Of a stretch of 54,409 bases of DNA, positions 1 to 9,883 are shown piece by piece. The DNA lies in sequence record DRR723986_2294; one strand, 5' to 3'. Both the position numbers and the translations under genes were made by a program. Numbering within the stretch: the stretch's first letter is position 1; each line of letters starts with the position of its first letter. Under the pieces are notes generated by a model. It did not search any database. It saw only the letters and a program-made list of their open reading frames with translations, and was not told the DNA's origin.

Positions 1-159
1 TTTTCACTTTCGGGTTCATCTTTGGTGGTTTCTCCCTATATGAACGGTGCCAATAAAATTGTTGGTGTGATCGGCGTTATTGGCCCAACGCGGTTAAATT
101 ACGCCCGCATTGTACCAATGGTGGATTATACCGCGCAGGTGGTAAGCCGAATTTTATAA
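1..159 (+). CDS. hrcA: Heat-inducible transcription repressor HrcA, 3' end only (truncated by window start)
   Basis: Frame 1 reads [62 protein letters not shown] is the HrcA C-terminal signature, and the gene lies directly upstream of grpE. Confidence 0.95.
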   Translation, partial: FSLSGSSLVVSPYMNGANKIVGVIGVIGPTRLNYARIVPMVDYTAQVVSRIL

Positions 160-191
160 AGTTATACAGAGTTAGTAAGGATACGACAGAC

Positions 192-833
192 ATGAGCGCT
201 GAGAAGAAAAAACCAGCCGCTGACGAAAGCGACCTTGATCAGGATGTGGCAGATGCCGCGGAAAATACTGATGAAGATGCTAGTGGAGACATCGGTGAAG
301 ATCAGGACCAGACGGAGCAAGCAGACCAGGAAGCCGAAGAAGAGGTTGACCCGGTTGCCGCACTTCAGTCTGAAGTTGCTGTGCTCAAGGATCAGGTTTT
401 GCGCGCCCGCGCTGAAACAGAAAATGTTCGCCGCCGCGCTGACCGCGACCGGCAAGATGCCAGCGCTTATGCCGTAACCGGCTTTGCCCGCGACATGCTG
501 ACGGTTAGCGACAATCTGCGCCGCGCGCTTGATGCCATGCCGGAAGATGTGGCGGATGACGTTAAGGGGTTTGTTGAAGGCGTTGAAATGACTGAACGCG
601 AACTGCTTAACACGATGGAGCGTTACGGCATTAAAAAGGTTGAGCCTGAAGTAGGTGAGAAGTTCGACCATAAATTCCATCAGGCGATGTTTGAGGTGCC
701 AACAACCGAGCATGCCCCGGGCAGTGTGATGCAGGTGGTGAATGCCGGCTATGTTATTAAAGACCGTTTGTTGCGGCCCGCTATGGTGGGCGTTGCCAAA
801 GGCGAAGCCAAAGCGGTGGATACCGAAGCCTGA
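192..833 (+). CDS. grpE: Nucleotide exchange factor GrpE
   Basis: Acidic N-terminus, RARAETENVRRR, FDHKFHQAM, GYVIKDRLLRPAMVGV motifs. Confidence 0.98.
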   Translation: MSAEKKKPAADESDLDQDVADAAENTDEDASGDIGEDQDQTEQADQEAEEEVDPVAALQSEVAVLKDQVLRARAETENVRRRADRDRQDASAYAVTGFARDMLTVSDNLRRALDAMPEDVADDVKGFVEGVEMTERELLNTMERYGIKKVEPEVGEKFDHKFHQAMFEVPTTEHAPGSVMQVVNAGYVIKDRLLRPAMVGVAKGEAKAVDTEA

Positions 834-855
834 GGTTTGAATTTATCGCGTTACT

Positions 856-891
856 AAAAAAGCCCCACAGTCATGCGGGGCTTTTTCTTTT
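856..891. terminator. Bidirectional intrinsic terminator between the convergent grpE and fasciclin genes
   Basis: AAAAAAGCCCCAC-AGTCAT-GCGGGGCTTTTTCTTTT: GC-rich hairpin flanked by an A run and a T run. Confidence 0.85.
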
Positions 892-920
892 GCGCTGCAA
901 TTATTTTTTAAAGCGTGTTT

Positions 921-1421
921 TTATGGCAGAATAACTGCGTCAATCACGTGGATAACGCCGTTCTTGGTTGCGATATCGGCGGTTACTACTGTTGCATTGT
1001 CCACACGAACGGCACCGCCGGTCGCATCAATGCTGACATTACTGCCTTGCACTGTAGCAGCTTCCAGCTTTTTACCGACTAGGTCTGCTGACATTACCTT
1101 GCCTGCCACCACATGGTAGGTCAGTACAGCAACCAACTGGTCTTTGTTTTCTGGCTTCAGCAAGTTTTCAACGGTACCAGCAGGTAGTTTTGCAAAAGCC
1201 GCATCTGTTGGTGCAAATACGGTGAAGGGTCCGTCGCTTTTCAATACGTCAACCAAGCCTGCGGCCTGTACTGCAGCAACTAGCGTGTTAAAGCTTCCGG
1301 CAGCAACAGCTGTATCAACGATATCAGCTTTATTGCCGTGATGGTCAGCCATTACCGGAGTGGTAAATGCAAGAGATACTGCAGCTAAACCCAAACCAAC
1401 TATGCGTGTAAATTTATTCAT
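921..1421 (-). CDS. Secreted fasciclin (FAS1) domain protein, Nex18/MPB70-like
   Basis: Signal peptide; [32 protein letters not shown] (H1) and [13 protein letters not shown] (H2) motifs. Confidence 0.95.
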   Translation of the reverse strand: MNKFTRIVGLGLAAVSLAFTTPVMADHHGNKADIVDTAVAAGSFNTLVAAVQAAGLVDVLKSDGPFTVFAPTDAAFAKLPAGTVENLLKPENKDQLVAVLTYHVVAGKVMSADLVGKKLEAATVQGSNVSIDATGGAVRVDNATVVTADIATKNGVIHVIDAVILP

Positions 1422-1455
1422 TGTCCTATCCTCATTGTTGTTAGACAGAACGTGT

Positions 1456-1481
1456 TACGCCCAGCAAAAAAGTCCGGATCA
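1456..1481 (-). promoter_or_regulatory. ECF sigma promoter (TGATCC-N16-CGTA) driving the fasciclin gene
   Basis: Minus strand reads TGATCC GGACTTTTTTGCTGGG CGTA, ending 34 nt before the ATG. It matches the sigmaE/ChrR-type consensus. Confidence 0.7.
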
Positions 1482-1550
1482 TGACATGTTTTTGATCAAT
1501 CCGGTTGCGGTTAAGCCGCGTATACGGGCGCTAATATCAAGTGGTTTTTA

Positions 1551-3134
1551 TTAGCTAATAAACTTTCCGGCCAGTGCATCATCAATCAGCGTGAGGGTTT
1601 CAGGAATGCCGTAAAGCGCAATGAAACCGCCCATGCGCGGACCCTGTGACTGCCCCAAAAGCACCTCATAACAAGCTTTGAACCAGTCACGCAGATTTTC
1701 AAACTCTGCGTCTTTCCCGGCTGAATAAACCTCGGTCATAATCACTTCCGGATCATGTTCATTGGGGTCTAATGCTGCCAGCCGCTTCTTGAGGCTTTCA
1801 AAGGCAATCAGCTCTTTGCCCTCTGCCGCGCGGAAGGCTTTGGTTGGCTTCACAAAGTCTGTGTAATAGCGAATGGCATAGCCCATCAGGCTGTCGAGGT
1901 CAGGGTATTTCTGCGCGTTCGCGCCCTCTACATACCGGGCCACAAAGCCCCACAGCGCATCGCGGTCTTCCGTATTGGCAACTGAAACCAGGTTTAATAA
2001 TAAGCCAAAAGATACCGGCAAGCTGGCGTTGGGTACTTCGCCGCCGTGGATGTGCCATGCGGGGTTTTTATACTGGTCAGCCAATTCTTGTTCGTGGAAC
2101 TTGGAGACAAACGTATAATATTCGTCAACCGCTTTGGGGATAACGTCAAAATACAGGCGCTTTGCCTTGCGAGGGGCTTGGTACATATATAAAGACAGGC
2201 TTTCAGGGCTGGCATAAGCAAGCCATTCCTCAATCGAAATGCCATTGCCTTTCGATTTGGAAATTTTTTGCCCGTTTTGGTCCAGGAACATCTCATAGCT
2301 CAGCGCCTCGGGTGGTTTGCCGCCCAGAATACGCCGGATGATCGATGACAGCTTCACGCTTTCATCCAAATCCTTGCCTGCCATTTCATAGTCAACATCC
2401 AGCGCGTCCCAGCGCATGGCCCAGTCAACTTTCCATTGGCACTTCACGTTGCCGCCTTTTACCGAAACCGCGTGGTGATTACCCGATACGCTTTTGAACG
2501 AGACAATACCTTCATCTGGGTCTTCGATGGTGACAGGCACCTGCAATATTTCGCCGGTTTCCGGACAGCGCGGCAGAAACGGGCTGTATGTCTGGCGGCG
2601 TTCCTCGCCCAGCGTTGGCAAAATCACATTGATAATCTTGTCGTAGCGCTGGCAAATCTTCAACAGCGTCTCATCAAAAAGGCCGGCCTTATAGCACTCG
2701 GTTGACGAATAGAAATCATACTCAAAACCATATTGATCAAGAAACGCCTGCAATCGTGCATTATTGTGCGCGCCGAAACTGTCGTGGGTGCCGAACGGGT
2801 CCGGCACTTCGGTTAGCGGCTTGCCCAGCGCTCCCGCAAGCAGTTCCTGGTTCGGCACATTGGTTGGCACCTTGCGCAGGCCGTCCATGTCGTCTGAAAA
2901 ACAGATCAATTTAGTCGGCACATCAGAAATTTCTCGGAATGCTCGCATAACCATCGTGGTGCGCGCCACCTCGCCGAAGGTGCCAAGGTGCGGCAGACCA
3001 GATGGGCCGTAGCCAGTTTCGAACAGAATATAGCCTTTCTCGGGCACGCCGCCTTTGAAGCGTTTGACCAATTTTTCAGCTTCCTTGAACGGCCAGGCGT
3101 TGGAGGCAAGGGCTAGGTCAATATTTCCGGTCAT
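1551..3134 (-). CDS. lysS: Lysine--tRNA ligase, class I
   Basis: FETGYGPSGLPHLGTFGEV (HIGH-like), KISKSKGN (KMSKS-like) and QGPRMG motifs of class I LysRS. Confidence 0.97.
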   Translation of the reverse strand: MTGNIDLALASNAWPFKEAEKLVKRFKGGVPEKGYILFETGYGPSGLPHLGTFGEVARTTMVMRAFREISDVPTKLICFSDDMDGLRKVPTNVPNQELLAGALGKPLTEVPDPFGTHDSFGAHNNARLQAFLDQYGFEYDFYSSTECYKAGLFDETLLKICQRYDKIINVILPTLGEERRQTYSPFLPRCPETGEILQVPVTIEDPDEGIVSFKSVSGNHHAVSVKGGNVKCQWKVDWAMRWDALDVDYEMAGKDLDESVKLSSIIRRILGGKPPEALSYEMFLDQNGQKISKSKGNGISIEEWLAYASPESLSLYMYQAPRKAKRLYFDVIPKAVDEYYTFVSKFHEQELADQYKNPAWHIHGGEVPNASLPVSFGLLLNLVSVANTEDRDALWGFVARYVEGANAQKYPDLDSLMGYAIRYYTDFVKPTKAFRAAEGKELIAFESLKKRLAALDPNEHDPEVIMTEVYSAGKDAEFENLRDWFKACYEVLLGQSQGPRMGGFIALYGIPETLTLIDDALAGKFIS

Positions 3135-3309
3135 GGCATCACCATTCTATTCGAGTTTGCAAGCGTATATTCTGTTTAACAAGGCGGCGGACCCTATGCA
3201 TTTCGGGTGCTTTCGTCAAGCAAAACACCTTTATGAGCCAAAATCAAATTTCGTGATGACGGCGCATTTTCAGCCTATATTTTAAAGGCCGTATCGTTAT
3301 GCTCATGCC

Positions 3310-6105
3310 ATGAATGATTTGGCCCCCGATGACCTGATAATTGAGAGCGAAAAGCGCAGTGCGACACTCGATGCGCTGCCGGTTGCTGTTGTCGGTGTTA
3401 CGTCGGCGACAATTCTTTCGGTTGACGGTGAGTTTCAGCAAGTATCATTGGATGCTGCGGCGGAAAAAATAAGCCGCGAACCGCATTTGCTTGCCAATCG
3501 GGTTCTAGCGGCGCGGCGGCTTAGTCTGCCGGTTATTCGTGCCTATGACGTGCTGGAGCTTTTTGCCTTCATACGCCCTGCTCGCTATTGCCTGCCAACA
3601 GTTGCGGGGCTGGTGAAGGTTTTAACGCTTGAAGCGGCCGTTGGAGATGCGGAGAACGACTGTTTGGCATTGCAGGCCATTGCTGCTCGGCTTTTAGATG
3701 ACCCTGTTGCACAAACTTATCGGTACCGGGCCGGTTCCGTTCGCGTTGCCATGATGATGGCCAAGGCTGGGTGGCCGTGGGGCCCGCTGGTATTGCAAGC
3801 CACCGAAACCTATGCAGACAACAGCCGCGAAGACGGCCTCGCTGTTTGGGGTGCGCTGCCCGACTGGGAAGACGGGGCACCGCCACCCCCACCGGGCGAC
3901 GACCCTGTAAGCCCGGATGATAGCCAGGCGCGCCTTAATCAATTGCTGGGCGAAGGCGCAGAAGAACGGCCCGGCCAGCAACGGTTTGCGGCCGCAGCAA
4001 CCCACGCCTTCAGGCCGCGCGAGGTTGCCGATAGCCCAAATTTGCAATTGCTGGAAGGCGGAACGGGTACTGGTAAGACATTGGGTTATATTGCTCCTGC
4101 CAGCCTGTGGGCGGAAAAAAATGACGGCCCTGTGTGGTTATCTACCTACACCAAAAACCTGCAACGTCAGCTTGATCAGGAACTGTCCAAGCTTTATCCG
4201 GACCCTAAAACAAAGGCTAAACGCGCGGTTATTCGCAAGGGCCGGGAAAACTACGCCTGCCTGCTGAACATTGAAGAAACGCTGCGTGCCGTGATGATGC
4301 GCGCTAACATGAATAGCGCAGGCGGCGGAGGCAATACATTGGGGGTAGACCGCGACCGTATCCTGATTGGTTTGGTGGTTCGTTGGGCGCGCTTCACCCG
4401 TGACGGTGACATGATTGGCGGTGACTTCCCCAGTTGGCTGGGCGCTCATTTTGGTGCAGGCCGCATTGCGGGGCTGACGGACAGGCGCGGTGAATGTCTT
4501 TATTCGGCCTGTGCTCATTTTCGCAAGTGCTTCGTCGAAAAAACCGCTCGCAAAGCCAAACATGCAGATTTGGTGGTGGCCAATCATGCGCTGGTAGTTA
4601 CCCAGGCCGCCACACGCGGCGATGACCCCGACTTGCCGCGCCGGTTGGTTTTTGATGAAGGTCATCATGTTTTTGAGGCTGCGGATAGCGCTTTTTCTGT
4701 AAGGCTTTCGGGCCTTGAGGGCTCAGAGCTTAGGCGCTGGGTTAGGGGTAAAGAATCTGGCGGCAGCACCAGGGCACGCGGGCTGAAATCGCGGCTGGAT
4801 GAACTGGTTGCTGACGACCCAAGTTGCCGCGCATTGCTTGACGAGGTTTTGGAGGCGGCGCGCATTTTGCCGTCTGACAACTGGCTTGGCCGGGTAACCG
4901 GCGCGGCGGCTATGAGCCGATTTGAAACCTTTTTGATGCTCGGTCGGTCGCAGGTGTTGGCACGTACCAATGCAAGCGGCCCGCACGGCCTTGAGGCCAG
5001 CATTTCAGAGCCGATTGAAGGCCTTACACCGGCTGCGCATGCGCTCTCTGAGGCTTTGGTGAACCTGTCCAAACCTATGAGCGCACTGGCTTCGGCGCTG
5101 GCACAAAAGCTAGACGAAGAATCTGAAACACTGGACAGTACCTCGCGCGGCAGGCTTGAGGCGTCAGCCCGGTCGCTGCGGTTGAGGGCAGACACTGTCG
5201 GCCTTTGGGCCAGCATGAGTGAAACGTTTGGTAGTCCGCCTGCGGAAGCCTTCGTAGATTGGCTTGAAGTTGACCGTATTGATGGGCGCGAGCGCGATGT
5301 AGCTTACTGCCGCCACTTTGTTGACCCAACAAAACCTTTTGCTGATGTGGTGCTAGACGGTAGTCACGGTGTTATCATCACGTCTGCAACGCTGCGAGAT
5401 AAGGCGGGCCATGCAGATGATTGGTCAACCGCTGATATGCGCACAGGTGCGCAGCATTTAACGGTGCCACCGCGGCGATTGAATGTTGCCTCGCCATTTG
5501 ATTATGCCGCGCAAACCAAAGTGTTGATTGTGCGCGATGTGAATAAAGCAGACCCACAACAAGTGGGTGCGGCCTATCGCGCACTTTTTAAGGCTTCCGG
5601 CGGTGGTGCGCTTGGTCTGTTTACTGCCATAAGCCGTTTGCGCGCCACGTACCACCATATTGCAGCGGAGCTTGAGCAAGACGGTTTGTCGCTATATGCC
5701 CAGCATATTGACCCTGTGGATACGGCAACATTGGTGGATATTTTCCGCGATGAGGAAAAGGCGTGTTTGCTGGGTACCGATGCGGTCAGAGACGGCGTTG
5801 ATGTGCCGGGCGAAAGCTTACGCATGATTGTCTTTGACCGGGTGCCTTGGCCGCGCCCCACCCTGTTGCACCGCGCACGCAGAGCTGCGTTTGGAGGGCG
5901 TTTGTACGACGAAATGCTGACGCGCCTGAAGCTTTCACAAGCATATGGCCGGCTTGTGCGGCAGGCCAATGACAGGGGCTTGTTTATTATGCTGGACGGG
6001 CAAACTCCTACCCGCCTTCTTGATGCATTTCCCGAAGGTGTTGAGGTGCAACGGATTGGTCTTGCTGACGCTGTTGAAATAGCCCGGCAGTTTTACCCGT
6101 CATGA
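3310..6105 (+). CDS. DinG/YoaA-family ATP-dependent DNA helicase with Fe-S cluster
   Basis: Q motif (RPGQ), Walker A GGTGTGKT, KGRENYAC, CLYSACAHFRKC Cys cluster, DEGHH, TSATL, GVDVPG, QAYGRLVR. Confidence 0.93.
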   Translation: MNDLAPDDLIIESEKRSATLDALPVAVVGVTSATILSVDGEFQQVSLDAAAEKISREPHLLANRVLAARRLSLPVIRAYDVLELFAFIRPARYCLPTVAGLVKVLTLEAAVGDAENDCLALQAIAARLLDDPVAQTYRYRAGSVRVAMMMAKAGWPWGPLVLQATETYADNSREDGLAVWGALPDWEDGAPPPPPGDDPVSPDDSQARLNQLLGEGAEERPGQQRFAAAATHAFRPREVADSPNLQLLEGGTGTGKTLGYIAPASLWAEKNDGPVWLSTYTKNLQRQLDQELSKLYPDPKTKAKRAVIRKGRENYACLLNIEETLRAVMMRANMNSAGGGGNTLGVDRDRILIGLVVRWARFTRDGDMIGGDFPSWLGAHFGAGRIAGLTDRRGECLYSACAHFRKCFVEKTARKAKHADLVVANHALVVTQAATRGDDPDLPRRLVFDEGHHVFEAADSAFSVRLSGLEGSELRRWVRGKESGGSTRARGLKSRLDELVADDPSCRALLDEVLEAARILPSDNWLGRVTGAAAMSRFETFLMLGRSQVLARTNASGPHGLEASISEPIEGLTPAAHALSEALVNLSKPMSALASALAQKLDEESETLDSTSRGRLEASARSLRLRADTVGLWASMSETFGSPPAEAFVDWLEVDRIDGRERDVAYCRHFVDPTKPFADVVLDGSHGVIITSATLRDKAGHADDWSTADMRTGAQHLTVPPRRLNVASPFDYAAQTKVLIVRDVNKADPQQVGAAYRALFKASGGGALGLFTAISRLRATYHHIAAELEQDGLSLYAQHIDPVDTATLVDIFRDEEKACLLGTDAVRDGVDVPGESLRMIVFDRVPWPRPTLLHRARRAAFGGRLYDEMLTRLKLSQAYGRLVRQANDRGLFIMLDGQTPTRLLDAFPEGVEVQRIGLADAVEIARQFYPS

Positions 6106-7079
6106 CTGATCTCACGCCAAACCCGATGAGTAGAAAGGCCGATCCAGCAAAAGTCGATTTGGTGGTTGTTGGCTTTACGGGCGAAATGCGAGCCTTGAAA
6201 CTTCAGGCCCGGTCGATAAGGCTTTATACAAATGAAGCGACGTTCAATCGTATTTTCATCGTGGTAAACGACAACGCTTTTTCGGCGTTTAAGGCTTATT
6301 TTGATATGGAAGTATTGCCGGAGTATGGCCCGCATACTGGCCGAGTTGAACTGTTGAACTACCGACTTTTGACAGGAGAGAAAGTTACAAAGCTGGGATG
6401 GCGGTCACAACAAGCTTTCAAGCTCATGATGGCGAGACATGTGGAGGCTGACCAATATTTGATTCTGGACAGCAAAAACCATTTCATTCGGCCCGTTAGT
6501 CAAAGCGCTTTCGTTGCGTCTGATGGCCGTTTAAGCACCCACATGTACCCGGTGATCCCGGTTTTTGAGGCCTACTTTAAAGCTGCGTGCGATTATTTTG
6601 GTGTGCAACCGTCTGAAAAAAGGCCCATCGTTATGCCAACCACAACGCCATTTATGGTTGACCGTGAACACGCGAGTGTGTTGCTAGGCCTTGTTGAAGC
6701 GCGTGAGGCTACATCCTTTTTCAGTTTCTTCATGGAAAACCGGCAGTTTACAGAGTTTTACTTCTATTATGCGTATCTTTGCTCGATCTCTGGCGCGTTC
6801 ACGCAAACGTACTATGAGGGTACAAAACCTAATGTGACCTTTTTTTCAAGTATGGCTGACACTCCCAAAAAACTGATTAACAGCAGTGAAGCGCTGAACA
6901 ATGCAGATGTGTATATTTTGGGGGTCCACCGGAAAATTTTTGACGTGGGATTACCTGAAAACCTGACCATAGTTACCGATCTATGGCGTCGTTTTGGTCT
7001 GGTGTCTGATGACAAAGAAGCGGCGTATTTTCAAACTGTTGATGCGCCAAAAAAACGAAAGAAATTTATCTTCTTTTGA
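6102..7079 (+). CDS. Hypothetical protein, DUF6492 / glycosyltransferase-A-like
   Basis: ATGA overlap with the helicase stop. GWRSQQAFKL and YLILDSKNHFIRP resemble DUF6492-type motifs. Confidence 0.6.
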   Translation: MTDLTPNPMSRKADPAKVDLVVVGFTGEMRALKLQARSIRLYTNEATFNRIFIVVNDNAFSAFKAYFDMEVLPEYGPHTGRVELLNYRLLTGEKVTKLGWRSQQAFKLMMARHVEADQYLILDSKNHFIRPVSQSAFVASDGRLSTHMYPVIPVFEAYFKAACDYFGVQPSEKRPIVMPTTTPFMVDREHASVLLGLVEAREATSFFSFFMENRQFTEFYFYYAYLCSISGAFTQTYYEGTKPNVTFFSSMADTPKKLINSSEALNNADVYILGVHRKIFDVGLPENLTIVTDLWRRFGLVSDDKEAAYFQTVDAPKKRKKFIFF

Positions 7080-7147
7080 TCCATCGCAGTATTTTTCTTG
7101 AGATCAGCTACAGTTCAATTTAGCGTGCCTGAGAACAGGAGTTTTAC

Positions 7148-7561
7148 ATGTCGACAATTAGCCCAGAAACCGCCCTTATTTATATTATGGTTACCGTGTC
7201 AGCGTCTGACGATGAAATGACAGATACAGAGCTAACGCGCATGACAGGGATTGTGGGTTATTTGCCAGCTTTTCGGGCTTATAATGCCGAGCGGCTACGC
7301 ACGGACACGCAGACATGCATCCAGCTTCTTCAAAGCGAAGAAGGGCTTGATGCCGTTTTAGGTTTGATCGAAGAAGCAGTTCCTGAAACCCATTATGATC
7401 TTGTTTATGCGTTAGCTTGCGAGGTGGCGGCGTCTGATAGCCATTTGACGCAGGAAGAATTGCGGCTTCTGGAGATGATTCGCCATTATCTGGATGTGGA
7501 CCGTCTGACAGCTGCGGCTATTGAACGCGGCATTGCTGCGCGCCAAAAGATGTTTAGTTGA
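7148..7561 (+). CDS. TerB-family (tellurite resistance-like) protein
   Basis: ALIYIMVTVSASDDEMTDTEL, YALACEVAASD, EELRLLEMIR, DRLTAAAIERG. AGGAG RBS upstream. Confidence 0.88.
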   Translation: MSTISPETALIYIMVTVSASDDEMTDTELTRMTGIVGYLPAFRAYNAERLRTDTQTCIQLLQSEEGLDAVLGLIEEAVPETHYDLVYALACEVAASDSHLTQEELRLLEMIRHYLDVDRLTAAAIERGIAARQKMFS

Positions 7562-7585
7562 TATAATCAAAGCAGCTGGTTGGGG

Positions 7586-8383
7586 TTATTTGAGCGACTG
7601 AATATCTAAAACTGGGGTTTCGCGCCATTTTTCAATTTCATCAAAAGCCGTTGCAGATGCAATGGCTTTTTTTAATGCTCTTTTGTCGCTTTCTTTCAGT
7701 GCTGCAATGATCCCTGAAACCTTTTCCTGCATTAAGTGATCAATAGCATCGCCCGGCGGTTGCTTTAAAATGGCTGCTCCAATGCTTAAAGCTTCCAAAC
7801 GGTCTCTTTTATTCCCTCGAGCCAGGAATTTTATATATTCAACATAGAAAGCGAAACTCTGCTCGCCTTTTTCAACGGCAGTGCGAAAATACCTATCAGC
7901 AGTTTTCCGCTTAGCACCAAGGTATAGCCGCGCAAGAAAACCAGCGGCGGATACTTCCGAGTGCCAGCCACCAAGCGCTGCGTGCGCGGCAGGCATGGAA
8001 GGGTAATCAGTCAAGATTTTCTCAATACGGCGACGGGACTGTTTAGCAAAGCCCGGTTTGCGCCAGCGCTTTCCCTCTAGCCCGACAATAATCGCAAGCG
8101 TAATGCGGGCGTTCAGGTGCTGGTTTTCCTGTGCTAACACCCCCCCGCAGTCTTTGGCGGCGCCGTGTAGGCTTTCAGTAGCGGCGCGGCCTTTTTCATA
8201 AAACCCACCAAGCAGCATACCTGCCCGGCACGCCGTCATGAGGCTTTCGGCACTACCGCCTTGCCGACCAAGCGATCGAGCCTCAGCATAGTTTCCTAAG
8301 GCCAAGGCCCGGTTTGCGCCATCAGATGCATGGCTCTGCAGAGTGGTGGCGAAAACCCAAAAAAGAAAAAACCAAACTTTCAT
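7586..8383 (-). CDS. Exported all-helical (TPR-like) hypothetical protein
   Basis: Signal peptide MKVWFFLFWVFATTLQSHAS; AHAALGGWHSEV helical motif. Start placed at the signal-peptide Met; the ORF is open to 8398. Confidence 0.65.
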   Translation of the reverse strand: MKVWFFLFWVFATTLQSHASDGANRALALGNYAEARSLGRQGGSAESLMTACRAGMLLGGFYEKGRAATESLHGAAKDCGGVLAQENQHLNARITLAIIVGLEGKRWRKPGFAKQSRRRIEKILTDYPSMPAAHAALGGWHSEVSAAGFLARLYLGAKRKTADRYFRTAVEKGEQSFAFYVEYIKFLARGNKRDRLEALSIGAAILKQPPGDAIDHLMQEKVSGIIAALKESDKRALKKAIASATAFDEIEKWRETPVLDIQSLK

Positions 8384-8426
8384 GGGTGCATCATACAATT
8401 GCTTTTATGAACGCCACCATAACAGA

Positions 8427-9875
8427 CTAGGCGCGCCAAAAACGCGGTGAGAAAAGCACAAGAACAGAAAACAACTCTAGCCGCCCGGCAAGCATACCAA
8501 GAGACATGAGCCATTTAGCCGCATCGTTTAGCCCGCCGAATGTGCCAGCAGGGCCAACATCTTCGCCGAGGCCTGGGCCAACATTTGCCAGCGCAGTGCC
8601 TGCACTTGAGAAGGACGTTATCCAGTCTGCCCCTGTCACGGAGATGCCGAATGACAAAACCAAGAAGGTTGCCAGAAATAATGTCAGAAAGCTCATCACA
8701 GAATTCCGCACATCTTCCGGTATAGGCCTACCGTTGTACCGCGCGATAAAAACCCCGTTCGGTTGAAGGATTTGCGCGATCCAGCTTTTCATTGATTTAA
8801 GCAACACCTGAAACCGGAAGATTTTAATGCCACAACTTGTGGAGCCGGCGCACCCGCCAATAAACATAACCATGAAAAATAACGTGGCTGAAAAACTGCC
8901 CCACTGGCTGTAGTCAATGCTTGAAAAACCAGTGCCGGTTAAAATCGAAATAATATTGAAAACGCCGTACCGGATTGCTTCAGGAAGAGAAAAGCCTTTC
9001 CAAATGATGAGCCAGGCAACCACTGCGCCGCACAAGAGCATAATCAATTGAAGAAAGCCGCGAACCTGTTCGTCGCGCCACAGCAACAATGGTTTTGCCC
9101 GTAGAATTTGCAGATATAGAATAAACGGGATGGAGCCAATAACCATGAAAATGGCCGTGGTCATTTCTATGCCAAAGCTATTAAATTTGCCAATTGAGGC
9201 ATCAGAGGTGGAAAAGCCGCCTGTGGCAATGGTGGTCATGGCATGAGCAAGCGCATCAAACGCACCCATGCCACCAATCAGGTAAGCAAACATGCACAGG
9301 GCGGTTAGCGCCACATAAACGCCGCTGATAACGCTGGAAATTTGGCCTGCCCGGGGTAGAATTTTCTCAACAGTATCAAAGCTCTCCGCTTTAAAAACCT
9401 GCATGCCACCCACCTGCAGCATCGGCAGTACAGCCACCGCCATGACAACAATTCCAATACCGCCGAACCATTGCAGCAGCGCTCGCCATATCAATATACC
9501 TGGAGGCGCCGTATCAAGCCCCGAAATAACCGTGGACCCCGTTGTAGTCAGGCCGCTCATGGCTTCGAAATAAGCATCGGTATAGCTTAGGTTCAATTCA
9601 GAAAAAGCCAGCGGCAGGGCCGCAAAAGCGGGCAGTGTTGACCACGCCATGAAGGTAAGCAGGAAGGCTTGTTTGAGGTTGAGGGCATCCCCGGTGCCGC
9701 GGTTTGCCAGCATAAACATGCCGCCAACGGTTGCGGTTAAGAAGGCCGCAATTACAAACACTTTCCAGTCTTGATGATTGGCCAGTAAATCAAACAAAAC
9801 AGGCACGAACATGCCGCCCGCCAGCATTAGCACCAAAGAGCCAAGAGTGTATAGAACTGGACGCATATCCAGCAT
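8427..9875 (-). CDS. trkH: TrkH-family potassium uptake channel
   Basis: Four pore loops (SGLTTTGST, IATGGFS, LTGTGFS, LANVGPG), IGGCAGSTSCGIK, GRLE. ATG at 9875 follows a TGAGGT RBS. Confidence 0.95.
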   Translation of the reverse strand: MLDMRPVLYTLGSLVLMLAGGMFVPVLFDLLANHQDWKVFVIAAFLTATVGGMFMLANRGTGDALNLKQAFLLTFMAWSTLPAFAALPLAFSELNLSYTDAYFEAMSGLTTTGSTVISGLDTAPPGILIWRALLQWFGGIGIVVMAVAVLPMLQVGGMQVFKAESFDTVEKILPRAGQISSVISGVYVALTALCMFAYLIGGMGAFDALAHAMTTIATGGFSTSDASIGKFNSFGIEMTTAIFMVIGSIPFILYLQILRAKPLLLWRDEQVRGFLQLIMLLCGAVVAWLIIWKGFSLPEAIRYGVFNIISILTGTGFSSIDYSQWGSFSATLFFMVMFIGGCAGSTSCGIKIFRFQVLLKSMKSWIAQILQPNGVFIARYNGRPIPEDVRNSVMSFLTLFLATFLVLSFGISVTGADWITSFSSAGTALANVGPGLGEDVGPAGTFGGLNDAAKWLMSLGMLAGRLELFSVLVLFSPRFWRA

Positions 9876-9883
9876 GCTGGACC

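Noticed and set aside
1-200. CIRCE operator near hrcA-grpE
   Set aside because: No TTAGCACTC-N9-GAGTGCTAA was seen. The hrcA promoter lies outside the window.
162-713. Long antisense or alternate-frame ORFs (e.g. 162-713, 24570-25289, 40363-41082, 53864-54409)
   Set aside because: They lie on top of well-supported genes and show no recognisable motifs; treated as shadow ORFs.
1551-3134. Class I (archaeal-type) lysyl-tRNA synthetase
   Set aside because: Normal for many alphaproteobacteria; not evidence of recent transfer.
3310-7561. DinG helicase plus TerB as a possible defence or type IV CRISPR module
   Set aside because: No cas genes, arrays or nuclease partner. Both genes look like the housekeeping families often found next to lysS.
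8427-9875. trkH without an adjacent trkA
   Set aside because: trkA is often encoded elsewhere, and absence cannot be judged from one window.
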